From positions 32,986,001 to 33,050,000 of the forward strand of contig NC_087437.1 of NCBI RefSeq assembly GCF_036321535.1: a DNA stretch of 64,000 bases. The letters run 5' to 3'. The translations under genes were made by a program, and so were the position numbers. The notes under the pieces were generated by a model that was not told the origin of the DNA, searched no databases, and saw only the letters and a program-made list of their open reading frames with translations. Of the stretch, positions 25,461-38,770 are shown in pieces. How positions within the stretch are numbered: the first letter of the stretch is position 1; each line of letters begins with the position of its first letter. The stretch is from Camelus dromedarius (lineage: Eukaryota).

Positions 25461-28012
25461 ACTATGATTACTACTTCTGCTATCAGAACAGCTCATCTGG
25501 CCTTTTTAACAACTCTTTAAATGAAAAATTAGCCTCTTTGACCTTCCTCACTAGAAAGGATACTGGTGATCAGAACAAGTGTTTTTAGCCTTACAAACAC
25601 TACACTAATACACGTTTGCTTCACAACATGATTTCTACCACACGGCTACCATTTTAGGGAGTGTGTTACTAGACATCTGTTAGGAAGGGACAGGATCTCC
25701 CATGTGTTGAGTCACTGGAACCTGGAAAGGCATGTGTCAGCAAAGCACTACTTCTTCACTCACTCTGCAGCATCCCGTGAGTCAGGGTGGACTCCAGCGT
25801 CCTGGTGTGTGATAAAGGCCAGCGGGGCCTTTGTGCCTTCTCAGAAATGTGTCCGGGCCTGTCCCCTCTTCCAGTCCTTCCCACAGTCTTGCCAGCTCAC
25901 AGGTGATGCCACAAGAGGTGTGAACTAAAGCTAATTACTTCCTGGCTGAACTCAAAAAAAGGTTGCCTGCTTAAACCATATGGCCAGATTAGGAGGTTTA
26001 TATACAAACTTTTAGCCAATTTCCACGTCTTTAGTACGATTACTAAATTAGCGCTCTAGTATTATTCCTAGTAATAGCTACCAGTCATTAAGTGCTTTTA
26101 ATGCTTCCACAACCCTATGCTGAAGCCAGATTTTTCACGGCGTGCTTCTTCATATGAATCTTCTCTGCTGAAATCACCATGTCAGGGAGTTCTTTCCTGG
26201 TTTCCCCATCTGAGACAGCCCCCCTTTCTCCTTTGTAGCCCTCTACTCTGCTCTGTTTTCCTTGATATTATATTGTTTATTTACATGTTTATTATTCGTC
26301 TCTCCCATTGAAACATAAATTCCATGAGGGTAAAGACTCTTATTTGTTTCTAAACCCCAGTATGCAGAATAATGCCCACTACACTGAATGTGCTCAGATA
26401 TTTGGAAGGAGGACAGGAGAAAGGGAGGGAAAAAAGGAGGGAGTCAACCTCTCAACCATCCTATGATATTTAAGCTGTTATCCCCATGCCACAGAGGAGA
26501 AAACTGAGGCCATCTTAAAGCCACTTGCCCAAGATCACAAGGCTTGTAAGGAGCAGAGACAGGGTTTAATCCAGATGGTCTGAACCCAGAGCTGTTAAAG
26601 CTATCCACTTAATTTAATTTCTTAAATTATAGAACTTGTAATTTGACATTTTTCCCCCATGAAGTTTTTTTTTAATGGTTACTGTAATGCCCTTTAACTT
26701 GTAAGTTTTCAACAAATAGTTATTGACTGCTTACTAAATAATAGAGCACACCATACTAACTCCTGGAAGTGACACAGAAGAGTACGTCCCCTCTAGCTGG
26801 GGAAATGAAGCTTTTGCTCATGAAGAGATGAGTATCAGTGCAGGATAACATATGCTGAAAGCCAAATGAATTATGGAAGAGGCCCCTTTTCTCACAGGTG
26901 GCAAGGGAAGTGACAGGGAGGATTCAGAAAAGGTAAGAGCATTCTAGGTGAGAGGAACTAAATGAGGTGGATTTTGTGTGGATTTTCAATGTGGATTTTG
27001 CTTTTTCATAAAACCTAGCCTGATGCTCAGTTCACTTGCACTTATTAAAATATCTATCAGAAATTCTTCACTGGTTCAGTCATATTAAAGTAAGTTATTC
27101 CTATTACTTAATTTGATACGGAAAGTAGTTTGTTGTAAGATGAGTCTGTCTTGGACCCCATCCAAGGAAGGTTGTAATCAGAGACACTCCAGGAGCCTCA
27201 TTGACATATATAACTTGGTACTGTATCATAATCTTTCAGAACACTGATAGACAAGCCACATTCTTCCTAAGAAATTTTCTTATTTTTCAAATTATTTGTG
27301 ATACCAGTTCTGGAAATTTGTGCCCAGGGATGTGGGATTTATGAACAATCTTAAACTGTTAGAGTTGAGTGGATTTCTAATATATGCTCTGTATGCTTTA
27401 TGAAAGAAACTTATTTAAAATATACTGTTTTGAAGGAAAAGCAGTGGCTGTGATTCATTAAATTTGTGTTTGTGAGATATTGTTTTAACTTTAGAATTCC
27501 AAATAAGCTTTATGAGATGTTTTATGTTTACAGATTTTAGTGAATAGCCACCTTTATTTACTTATTTATTGAATGGCTGGTTTGTTATTGTTTGCTTTTT
27601 TTTTTCATTCTTATAAAGCACTTGAAGATACATTTCAAAGACTTTGTTTTGTTTTCAGTGTCTGTATTGTTCTGTAAAAGGGAATTTCACAGATATTTCC
27701 ATTCTTGACTAAAATTTTAGTTAATTTAAACTGAAAATAAGGTATTCTTTTGTATTATTCATATATTTGTTGCAGTGCTATTAGTATATAAATATCTCCC
27801 TCCTCCCCCGGGAGAGAAGAGTAGCATAAGTAATTCGACAACTATGAAGCCAACTGACCCAAAGTCTTTGTAACATAAAATGCATTTTAACTTTGGGGAA
27901 ATTCATAAATTATTAATACTCAAAAGGAGTCATTTGAGATGAGATTTTCACGTGTTAAGATACCTTTCATAAAACTCATGCTGTCAGTTAGTCCATGATT
28001 ACATCTTGGGTA

Positions 28013-28045
28013 ATAATGCCATCTGCTGGTCTCAGCCTAGCATTG
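28013..28045 (-). promoter_or_regulatory. CTCF motif, reverse orientation
   Basis: The minus strand reads GCAATGCTAGGCTGAGA-CCAGCAGATGGCA-TTA, matching the core CCASYAGRKGGCR with a U-motif-like upstream sequence. Confidence 0.6.
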
Positions 28046-30239
28046 CTGCCAGAGAGATTGCCTTGTTTGTAATCTACAAATGGCGTACAGATTAAAATTT
28101 TGTCTTTTCAAGTAGAAAGTTTTATTGCACCTTATCATCTTTATTTATTAATCTTGAACTTGTGTACCATTTGATAATATTTTAAAAGAAAATTCTATAA
28201 ACCTGTTATGTGAAATTGTCAAATAACTTGAAGTGGCAGGTGAGCCTAATTTTTATGACATCAACAATAACTAATAAAATATTTGATTTTAATTTTCATC
28301 ACAAAAGGAACTAAATAATTTTCCATGCAGTGAGTTAGTACTGAATTCTTTAGTCTGTGGTGACTTAGATTTCTGACCCCATTATTTTTTCTTTTACTAT
28401 GAAATATGTATCCCTTCTACAGACATCTTGCAAGCAAACCTATGGAAGTCATTTTGTTTATCAAAAAGAATCAAGTGCTAATAGATACTTCATGTTTACC
28501 ATGTTAATGTTTAGAAGGATCCTGTAATTTTTATTCTCCAAGTAACTTGTCTTTATTTTTACCTCATGACTAATGAATATAAGATACTTTGTATGCTAGG
28601 CATTCATGCCAAGCATATAAACAGTAACTAGTTTTAATTCACATTCTTCTCAGTCTTAAAATGGGTACAGAATTTTTAAATGACAAATTGACACATAAAA
28701 CTTAAGAGCCTGAATTTAAAACAATTTACTGTATATTATTGATGTGTTTTATTCTGCTTCCCAAAATGACAAGGTTATACTGAAGACATACATTTGTGGA
28801 CATTGATCTTAGAATTTTGAGTATGAAGCAATTTAAAACATTTTTTATGCCTGTTTTCAGACAGCACGGAGCTGAGCTATTTATAAGGCTGCAAATGTAA
28901 ATCTTCCATTAATCTTTCAAATTTTAATTTAAATATCACACTCTCTAATTTAAATATCACCAGTAAAATGGTTTTCCCACATTGAAAGGTAAAAGCTATG
29001 TTGCTTTATTTTCATATTGTAAGTCAGGCAGACAGCCTTTCCCCTGTCTGCCCCGTCACTTTGTTAGTCCTGAAGTGATCTTTAAAGAAACACAAAGATA
29101 ATGTTGTTTTTCTCTGATTTTTCTCCTGCCTTTCTTTATAATTTCTCCAGTGCTATTTTGTTAAACATACTGGCCCTTTGGCCAGCTTCTGTGATAACAG
29201 TTTTATTTGTATTAGGAGCTGGTTATATGCCCATATTTAAAGCTACAAACATTGCAAGCTTCAGACATCAAATACTGTTTGTGAGCTCACCTCTGACATT
29301 TAATACTAATGATGCGCTTTGTAAATCCAAATGAGAGAATATGTTAGAGAAAAAATCCAAGGGGCCAAATAGTTGATATATATGAGACATCATCCTGAAG
29401 TCAGAAATACTGTCTTTTGGTTGGGAACTAATGATTGTGAAATAATAGTGAGACTACTTAAGACCTACACGAACAAATATGTTTTCATATGGACAAGTTA
29501 AAGTTAGATTACCTGGAATGGTATCCATTACTATTTTTCTCTGCTATATTAATACTCTTATACATGTAACTAGTAAAAATATTATCCACTGGTATGGGAT
29601 GTGTTAATATTAATAAGTTAGCTAGGCAAAGAGTCTGTTCTCATTTTGCATGCTCAATTAGTGCATTGCATAATTAAAATCCACAGGAGCTTTTATTCTA
29701 AAGCATGTGAAACTATTTGCCCCTCCATGACACTCTGACAGTGCCTGCTTTTATGTAGGAAAATACATTCTTCCAGAGATGAGAGTGTTGGCTCTGATGG
29801 CTCTTAGGTCCAAACTTTCCATGCATGATTTCTCACGTGAGAAAAGACTGGTTACAGCTGTCAGGGATACATTATCAGAAGCATTGTCTTTCTCTTAAAC
29901 TGGAGCTTGCATAAGACTCTCTAATTAAAATTTGTGATTGGCCAAACATTGAAACAAAGATTTTTCATAAAATGTTAATTTTTATTATATGTGTTTAACC
30001 AAATTTCTTTTCATACTCTCTGTATCATTTAACATTTTCAGCTTAGTATGTAAAAATTACTTTGATGCAAATAACTCTACCTTGTTAAACCAGTTATTAC
30101 AGTTGTTTCTTAAAATGTAAATTCAGTTATTATTAACAAGATGAGATAAAGTCTCATCACTTTTAGATGCCTTAGCTTGGCATACAGTGGCTCCTAATTC
30201 AGCTGTGTATTCATTTCAGCTTAGACCAAGAGTTTAAAC

Positions 30240-32510
30240 TGGTTGTAAACTGTAATGTTGCATTTTCCCTGCCCAGCTAGCATATGGAAAAAAGAACAAA
30301 ATGATATATGCATGTGGCTCTTTATTAAAGCGTTAATTATAAAAGCAAAGGACTGGGAACAATTCAGATGAGGCATTGGTAGGAAAAAAAATCCTAAAAC
30401 CATAAAATAGGTACATCTGTTAACATAGAATGAGGAAGTCTCTATACTGCTATGGAAGACATTGTTAAGTGAGAGAAGTAATGTATGCAGGAATGTATAC
30501 TGTGTTAGTTTTGTGTAAGAAAGAAGAGAGTGTATACTTATTTTTAGAAGTAAGCGATGGAAGGATAAAAGTTAAAACCTAATAAAAATGGTTACCTATG
30601 GACTGGGGGAACGGGATTAGAAGAGGAAACTTAGACTTCTCTGAATGATGTTGTTTTACTTTAAAACCATGTAAGTGCTTTGTGCAATTTAAAAAAACAA
30701 ACATTAATCATGAAGACAAGAGAACAAAACAAGATCTAAAAATCAAAAATAAACTGAAATAAATAAACCTAACTGTATATCAAGTTGGTAGCATAATCAC
30801 ATGGAGAATTATTTTAAGTGACTTTAGAATGTAGTCTATAGTGCATTGGCAGTTCATCAGTAGAGTAAATCCTAAAATCAAAAATCATAAAGAAATGTGA
30901 AACTGCATTAATTCATCTTGTTAATAGTAATATTTGTCTTGCTATTTTGAAACAAATACATGGTCAACTCACATACTAGGAAAAGCAAGTACTTTTGATC
31001 ATATCACTAAGGCCTAATATTCTTAGAATAAGAGAAAAGATACACAAATATAAGAGATTTGACTAAAAGTCCTTTAATCCTTAATTTGGTTGGTTGTATC
31101 AGCATGAACTCATATTAATTTTTCTCTTCGAAAAATGTGTGTTTCCTGTCCCACCCACTGAAAATCTCAGATGCAGTGATAATTCAGTCACAACAAACAC
31201 CCCTACTGCCCGGGTCATTGTCTTTAAATATCGTTCCCCACTAAAAGAAATCCAGACCCTTTGGAGAAATGGCTAATTTCAAGTCTAAGACAGGAATTGT
31301 ACAAGATGACGCTGGAACATATTATCACACCTTAACAAAGGAGATCATATCAAAAGGATGCAGGTGCCAACTTGAAGAGGCTCCCACTACCCAAAGGGAG
31401 AATCAAAATATGAAAATGATTACCACGGACTGAAATAACATTAAATATGTAAATATTCATTAGCTCATAATGGTCATATTTAGACCAAAATTGATAAGGG
31501 GAAAGAATTAAATATTTATTCTGCTTTTTCCTGTGCAGATTGTATTTTATAGTCTCAAAATAGTCGATGAGAGAAGTTCTTCATTATGTGAGAATCAGAG
31601 CAAATAAATGTAAGACAGATAATAAAATTAGAAAAAATCACTATTCTGCAATGTCTACTAAAATAATGGATGTGAGCAACACGCATTTATGTCTGCTAAA
31701 ACCATTAAGTGAAAGGTTGATAGAGAACTTTATAATAGAGTGAGGCTGACATCACCTTGGACTCACTCATCAATCTTAACGTCATTAAAAAGTAGAAGTG
31801 TATCTTGATATAATATAGTAGGAGTTACACAGCATCACCCGTGATGTGTTCTTGACCCAAAGAAATTGAACCAAAATCTTATCCCTGTCTAGGTAGAACT
31901 ACTGGTTTACACAAAATATGAAGGATAGAAGAACGTGTTAAATGACACCACAAGGATAAAATCAGCCAAATCCAGAATGTAGAAAATTGTGAAGGATAAT
32001 TGATACATTTTCTTCAGTAAATAAATGACAATGAAAGGAAGGGATGGTGGACTGTAAGTGTAAAAGGGATTTAAGATACATAACCTACTAAGTAATATAT
32101 GGACCTTGTTTGAATCCTGTTTCAGACAAACCAACTGTAAAAAGACTTTTCTTGGACAATCAGTGAAAATTAAACATGGACTATGTAAGATGATATTAAG
32201 GATTTATTACCAATAATGTTAGATGTAAAGATGGTATTTCAGTTACGTTGCTGGTTTGTTTGGGGTTTTTTTATTTTCTTAAGCCCATAACTGAGATACC
32301 TACTAAAATATTTAGGGGTAACATGGCATGATGTCTAGGATTTACTTTTAATACTCCAGGTTCACACACAAAATTGAAATGGGCATGGATAGATTAAGAG
32401 TAAGGGAAAATTAATGACTATAGAAGTTGGGTGATGGGTGCAGATGGACTCATTGTGCTCTTAGCCCTTTTATTTGTATTTCCATGATAAAATTGAAAAA
32501 AAAAAAAAAA
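30240..32510 (+). mobile_element. L1MC-type long 3' UTR with poly(A) tail
   Basis: L1MC-like motifs (ATCAGCCAAATCCAGAATGTAGAAAAT, GGACCTTGTTTGAATCCTG) ending in TTCCATGATAAAATTG and an A run at about 32496-32510. Confidence 0.7.
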
Positions 32511-32794
32511 GTAAAGTCCTCCTACAAGATTAGCCCAGATTATCTTGGATCATTATAGCAGTAGCTTCTCAGCAATGTTTTAGGTTTTAGGTGAGAATCT
32601 TAGTGTATAGGAATGTTATATTTATGGAGCTCCAGGGGGAATAAAGTTTCTATTATAACTTAAATATAATGTCTTTTTTTTCATCCAGTTAAATCTCGTA
32701 AGTCATAAAATTCATAGAAAGAACATTGCCTAGGCATAGTGTTGTTAACAAGCTTACACACCAAAATACACTGACATTAAACCCTCTTTTTTAG

Positions 32795-32901
32795 ACCAAG
32801 CCACCCTGGTAGAACAAGTAAAAAGAGTCAAAGAAATTGAAGCCATTGAAAGTGATTCTTTTGTTCAGCAAACATTCAGATCAAGTAAAGAAGTCAAAAA
32901 G
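32795..32901 (+). CDS. RSRC1: RSRC1 internal coding exon, 107 nt, third from last
   Basis: ttttag|AC CAA GCC ACC ... GTC AAA AAG|gtaagt translates to (D)[35 protein letters not shown]. This matches the RSRC1/SRrp53 C-terminal region as I recall it. Phase 1 in, phase 0 out. Confidence 0.95.
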
Positions 32902-34545
32902 GTAAGTTTTCATTCAGGCGTATGAATAAGCCTTTAGATTCCAACTGAAGAGATGCTTTATTAATGGATTTTACTTAAATGTGAGTGCTTCTTCTAATAA
33001 AGAGCTGAAGTAGGGTGAGAGAATGTCACCTTGTTATTGAGAGAAAGAATGAATCAGTGAGAATCAGTTCAAGTTTAACTTGTTTTAAAAAACTGTAAAA
33101 ATGTATCAGATGCCATTTTTATTTTAAAATTCACTGAGAAGACAAAGTAAAGTGTCAACATGATAGTTCTATAATAGTAATCTGCTGCTATATGAACATA
33201 TACAGTTCTTTTTCAAATGTGTACATCTACTTTTTGAATTGACATTGCTAGAGAAAAGTTAGAAAAGAGCTTTAATAATAAAATTATTACCCAAGTAGTA
33301 TCATATATTTATACTCTTCACCCGTATGGGTATCATTTATTTAGCTTTAGTAAAAGGAGCTTTGATTGTTATTTTATCTGTTGAATATTTCATGTATTCT
33401 TTCAGTCATTATCAGGGTTGCTTTCTGGAATTTGTATTCGTTTAGTAGAAAAGGGCTATCTACTGTGAAATGTATGTATTTCTTAATAACGTATATATAA
33501 TGAAGACATAGTATAGTTACCACTTATTCAAAAATATTCTATATCCATAGATATATTAATGACTATAGTATTCTACTTATCAATGTATCATAATTCATTA
33601 ATTTTTTCTCTGATAGTAGGTATTTAAGTAATTGTAAGTTTGGAAGTATTACATACATGTTTGTAGATATTCATTATTACCAACTTAAGTTAAAATTTTC
33701 AAGATGGAGTTATTTGTTAAAGGTTAGTATCTTTATTTTCATGTATGTTCCCAAAGTCATTCTCCAAAAATGTTGTACCAATTCAAATTCCACCCAGAAG
33801 TGCAAGGTAATGTCTTCCTCTCACACTGATTAACACCAAGTGTTAGACTGTTTTCTGACCTGATAGGTAAAAATTGACTTTTTGTTGTTCCATTAGCATT
33901 TCTTTTGTTACTAATGAGATGAATGCCTTTTCAGTTGCCATATACATTTTAAAATAATTCATTCTGGAGACATGGATTAAGCATGTGCAGCATACCAGGC
34001 ACACAGCACTAGACAACCTTGGTTAATCCATGGTCTCTGCCTTTTTATTTTGCTAATTCCATTTGAACATTTTGTAGTTTCCACCATAATGCCTAAAAAG
34101 TGGAGCTATGAAATGGACATTCATAAGTATAGTTGCCCACTGTATTTGATATCTTACTCTTACACATAAAGAGGTCCTTCATATATCCTAATAGAATTGT
34201 AATTTATTTTGAAATTTACTTTTGTAGTATTTACTTTCTGGAGTTCACCCTGACTTTCCAGTTCTTACTGGACACACTTAAGATAAATTAGCATTTTCTT
34301 TCCATGGAAATATTTATTCTTCTATAGTTAATACACTGGCTTTTCTTCTAAACAACTTTTTCCCATTTGCTATTAATTATTAATGTAATAACTTATTTTT
34401 TATTTCATTCCTCTCCTCCAAGATGCTAACAGTTCCTCCAATAACTAGTAAAATTGGCAGTGAGCAAGGAAATTGATCTAAACCCTGCTTGATATAGTGG
34501 AAAGAGTTTCGGCTTTGGACTCAAGGAGATCTGAGTTTCAATCTT

Positions 34546-35511
34546 TTTTTTTCATTACTTTTTTTAATTGAAGTATAGTCAGTGTACAATGTTGCATCAG
34601 TTTCTGGTGTATAGCATAGTGTTTCAGTCATACATATACGTGCATATATTCCTTTTCATATTCTTTTTCATTATGAGTTACTACAAGATATTGAATATAG
34701 TTCCCTGTGCTATACAGTAGAAACTTGTTTATCTATTTTATATATAGTAGTTAGTATCTGCAAATCTCCAACTCCCAATTTATCCCTTCCTACTCCTTTT
34801 TCCCCTGATAACCGTAAGTTTGTTTTCTATGTCTGTGAGTCTGTTTCTGTTTTGTAAATAAGTTCCTTTATATCTTTTTTATTGGAGTCCACATATAAAT
34901 GATATCATATGGTGTTTTTCTTTCTCTTCCTGGCTTACTTCACTTAGAATGATATCTCCAGGTCCATTCATGTTGCTGCAATTGGCATTGTTTTATTCTT
35001 TTTTATGGTTGAGTAGTATTCTGTTGTATAAATATATCATAACTTCTTTATCCAGCCATCTGTCGATAGACATTAAGGTTGTTTCCATGTCTTGACTATT
35101 GTAAATAGTGCTGCTATGAACACTGGGGTGCATGTATCTTTTCAAGTTAGAGTTCCCTCCAGATATATGCCCAGGAGTGGGATTGCTGGATCATATGATA
35201 AGTCTATTTTTAGTTTTTTGAGGAATCTTCGTACTGTTTTCCATAGTGGCTGCACCAAACTACATTCCCACCAACAATGTAGGTGGGTTCCCTTTTCACT
35301 ATACCCTCTCCAGCATTATCGTTTGTGGACTTTTCAGTGATGGCCATTCTGAGTGGTGTGAGGTGATACCTTGCTGTAGTTTTGATTTGCATTTCTCTGC
35401 TAATTAGTGATATTGGGCATATTTTCATGTGCCTATTTGGCCATTTGTATGTCTTCACTGGAGAATTGCTTGTTTAGGTCTTTTGTCCATTTTTGGATTG
35501 GATTGTTGTTT

Positions 35512-35546
<35 letters not shown>

Positions 35547-36746
35547 AAGTTGTGTGAGCTATTTGTACATTCTGGAAATTAAGCCCTTGTCAGTTATATA
35601 TTTGCAAATATTTTCTCCTATTCTGTAAGTTGTCTTTTTGTTTTGTTTATGGTTTCCTTTGCTGTGCAAAAGCTTGTAAATTTAATTAGGTCCCATTTGT
35701 TTACTGTTGCTTTTATTTCTGTTGCCTGGATAGACTGCCCTAGGAAAACATTGCTAAGATTTATGTCAAAAATGTTTTGCCTGTGTTTTTTCTTCTAGGA
35801 GGCTTATAATGTTTTATCCTATGTTTAAGTCTTTAAGGTTTTTTTGTGTGTATGATGTGAGGGAGTGTTCAAACTCCATTGACTTGATGCAGCTGTCCAA
35901 CTTTCCCAACACCACTTGCTGAAGAGACTATGTTTTCTCCATTCTATATTCTTGCCACCTTTGTCAAAGATTAATTGACCGTAGGTCTGTGGGCTTATTC
36001 CTGGGCTCTCTGTTCTGTTCCATTGATTCATATGTCTAGTTTTGTGCCAGTGCCACACTGTTTTAACTACTGTAGCTCTGTAATATTGTCTGAAATCTGG
36101 GAGGATTATTCCTCCAGCTTCATTCTTTTTTTTTTTTTTTTTTCAGTATTGCTTTGGCAGTTCTGGGTCTTCTGTGATTCCATATACATTTTAGGATTAT
36201 TTGTTCTAGTTCTGTGAAAAATGTCCTACATAATTTGATAGGGATTGCATTAAATCAGTAGATTGCTTTGGGTAGTATGACCATTTTAACAATATTAATT
36301 CTTCCAATCCAAGAGCGTGGGATATTTCTTTAAGTCGTCTTTAATTTCCTTAATCAATGTTTTGTGGTTCTCAGCATATAAGTCTTTCACCTCCTTGTTC
36401 AAGTTTATTCCTAAGTATTTTTTGATGCAATTTTAAAAGGGATTGTTTCTTTACTTTCTTTTCCTGTGATTCATTGTTAATGTAAATAAATGCAACTGAT
36501 TCCTGCATGTTAATCTTGTATCCTGCTACCTTGCCAAATTCTTTTATCAACTCTACTAGTTTTTGTGTGCAGCCTTTATGGCTTTCTATATATAGTATCA
36601 TGTCATCAGCATATAAGGACAGTTTTACCTCTTCTCTTCCAATCTGGGTCACTTTTATTTCTTTTCCTTGTCTGATTACTGTGGCTATGACTTATAGTAC
36701 TGTGTTGAATAGAAGTGGTGAGAGTGGGCATCCTTGTCTTGTTCCA
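34546..36746 (-). mobile_element. L1 LINE, about 2.2 kb, 5'-truncated, with disrupted RT and C-terminal ORF2
   Basis: Minus-strand ORF fragments [32 protein letters not shown] and REMQIKTTARYHLTP. TSD CTGAGTTTCAATCTT (34531-34545) / CTGAGTTTGAATCTT (36747-36761). Confidence 0.92.
35512..35546 (+). repeat. (TTG)n microsatellite, about 11 units, inside the L1
   Basis: Read directly from the sequence. Confidence 0.9.
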
Positions 36747-36867
36747 CTGAGTTTGAATCTTAACTCCTTTACATCATACCGTGATTTATGGTCTCAAGCA
36801 AACCTCTTAACCTCTTTCTAAGCCTGGTTCCAAATTCATAAAGCAGAGCTAAGAATACCTACTTTTT

Positions 36868-37507
36868 ACTTTTTTTTTTAACATTTTTTATTGATTTATA
36901 ATCATTTTACAATGTTGTGTCAAATTCCAGTGTAGAGCACAATTCTTCAGTTATACATGAACATATGTACATTTATTGTCACATTTTTTTCTCTGTGAGC
37001 TATCATAAGATCTTGTATATATTTCCCTGTGCTATATAGTATAATCTTGTTTATCTATTCTACAGTTTTGAAATCCCAATTTATCTCTTCCCACCTCCCG
37101 CCCCCTTGGCAACCACAAGTTTATATTCTATGTCTGTGAGTCTATTTTCTGTTTTGTATTTATGCTTTGTTGTTTTTTTTTTTCTTTTTTTAGATTCCAC
37201 ATATGAGTGATCTCATATGGTATTTTTCTTTCTCTTTCTGGCTTACTTTACTTAGAGTCACATTCTCCAGGAGCATCCATGTTGCTGCAATTGGCATTAC
37301 GTTGTCGGTTTTTATGGCTGAGTAGTATTCCATTGTATAAATATACCACATCTTCTTTATCCAGTCATCTGTTGATGGACATTTAGGCTGTTTCCATGTC
37401 TTGGCTATTGTAAATAATGCTGCTATGAACATTGGGGTGCAGGTGTCATCCTGAAGTAGGGTTCCTTCTGGATATATGCCCAGGAGTGGGATTCCTGGGT
37501 CATATGG
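36868..37507 (-). mobile_element. Young lineage-specific L1 3' end, about 640 bp
   Basis: ORF 37190..37432 is the open L1 ORF2 C-terminus ([20 protein letters not shown]...ICGI*). TSD GAATACCTACTTTTT (36853) / GAATACTTACTTTTT (37508). Confidence 0.9.
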
Positions 37508-38529
37508 GAATACTTACTTTTTAGAGTAACTAAGGATTAAATATAAATATCTAACATGGTTCTTGATCCATTAAATGTTTGTTTTTCAATAACATACTTA
37601 GCATCTAAATTATTTGCTATCTAAGGACATTCTATAAACTATAGTACTTGAAAACTTTTATGACTGTAGGTGCTCAAACTATCTTGAGTATAAATACCTT
37701 ACTCCACTTAACGTTTCTCCAGCATGCCCTTTATTTTCCCAGCGTCTCCATACTCACCAGTTAGACAGACCCCGTGCTGAGAAATACAGCAATTCGTTAG
37801 ATATCTGGTTTCACCTTTAAAGTCTTTTGAAATTTGTACATGTAATAATATCTATCTATTTGAATTCTAGGATTAGTAATGTTTTCACCTTCTTACATTC
37901 CCTTGAAAAGTTTTAAAATATTATTTCCTATAGCTGTTAATCTTAAGATAACTGACTGAATTCAAGAGAAAAACTCTTGTCCCCAAATCTATAACAAAAA
38001 CCCTATATAACAAAACCCATGGGACCAATATAAAAAAAATTTCACATACATCTCATTAGAGGGACCACCATTATTAATTATTTTAATAATTAGTTTTTGT
38101 TTGCTTTAGGTTTTAATGCTAAGTTGTAATTTACTCACCTTCAGTATTGTTTTTCTTGTGCTTCTAATTCAGAAGCCACCATTAGGGATTGAGAGGAATA
38201 AGATAGAATAGGAGCCTCATCATTTTGTAAGCAACCTTCACATATATGTGTGAGAGAAACCCACCTTCTGTTTCAACTGTCTTTTAAAAAGAGGTTCCCC
38301 TTAACAAGAATTCATAGAAAGATAGAAAATCAACCTGGAAAACCTAGAACTGACTAGTTCTAGGTTAGATAAGTATGACAGAGAAGCAGAAGCAGCCTAG
38401 AAATGTTAATGCAGCATTGCAAATTGAGCCACTTAGAAATGTATTTAGTTAAAATATTTAACCAACACTTTTATTTCTTTCCTCTAAAATTCAAACCAAA
38501 TTGCAGTATCTCTTGGATTTAACAATTAG

Positions 38530-38770
38530 AAATCAGTGGTCAAAAGCATGAGATGTAGAGTGAGACCTGGAACCACTTTCTGATTTTGCTATTTACTGGC
38601 TATATATGTCCTTAAACTACATAATAACCTCATGCAACCTTGGCTCTCTTTTCTTAAAATGGGGATAATACCCATGGCAGAGGCTTTTGTAAGGATGAGC
38701 AAGATACTTTACCTAAAGCAGTTAGACTCGCACCTGGCATACAGCAGATACTCGGAAAGTAAAAGCTATT
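38530..38770 (+). mobile_element. MIR SINE
   Basis: Contains TAAAATGGGGATAATACC...TTGTAAGGATGA...AAAGCAGTTAGA..CACCTGGCATACAG. Confidence 0.6.

Larger units (their letters stand above)
1..32794 (+). other. RSRC1: 3' part of a long RSRC1 intron (upstream exon lies outside the window)
   Basis: I recognised no RSRC1 coding sequence before 32795. The region ends in CTGAC (branch-point-like, 32771-32775), the pyrimidine tract CCCTCTTTTTT and AG at 32793-32794. Confidence 0.85.
34490..37560 (+). mobile_element. MIR split into three pieces (about 34490-34545, 36747-36867, 37508-37560) by two L1 insertions
   Basis: Removing both L1s gives a continuous MIR-like sequence: ATAGTGGAAAGAG..CTTTGGACTCA..CTGAGTTTGAATCTTAACTCC..CAAGCAAACCTCTTAACCTC..AATACCTAC..AAGGATTAAA. 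Confidence 0.7.

Noticed and set aside
36371..36652. ORF with a reverse-transcriptase YADD motif, considered as a retron-like or domesticated RT
   Set aside because: It is a broken piece of L1 ORF2 inside a 5'-truncated L1 with TSDs and a poly(A) tail, and neighbouring ORF2 pieces lie in separate short ORFs.
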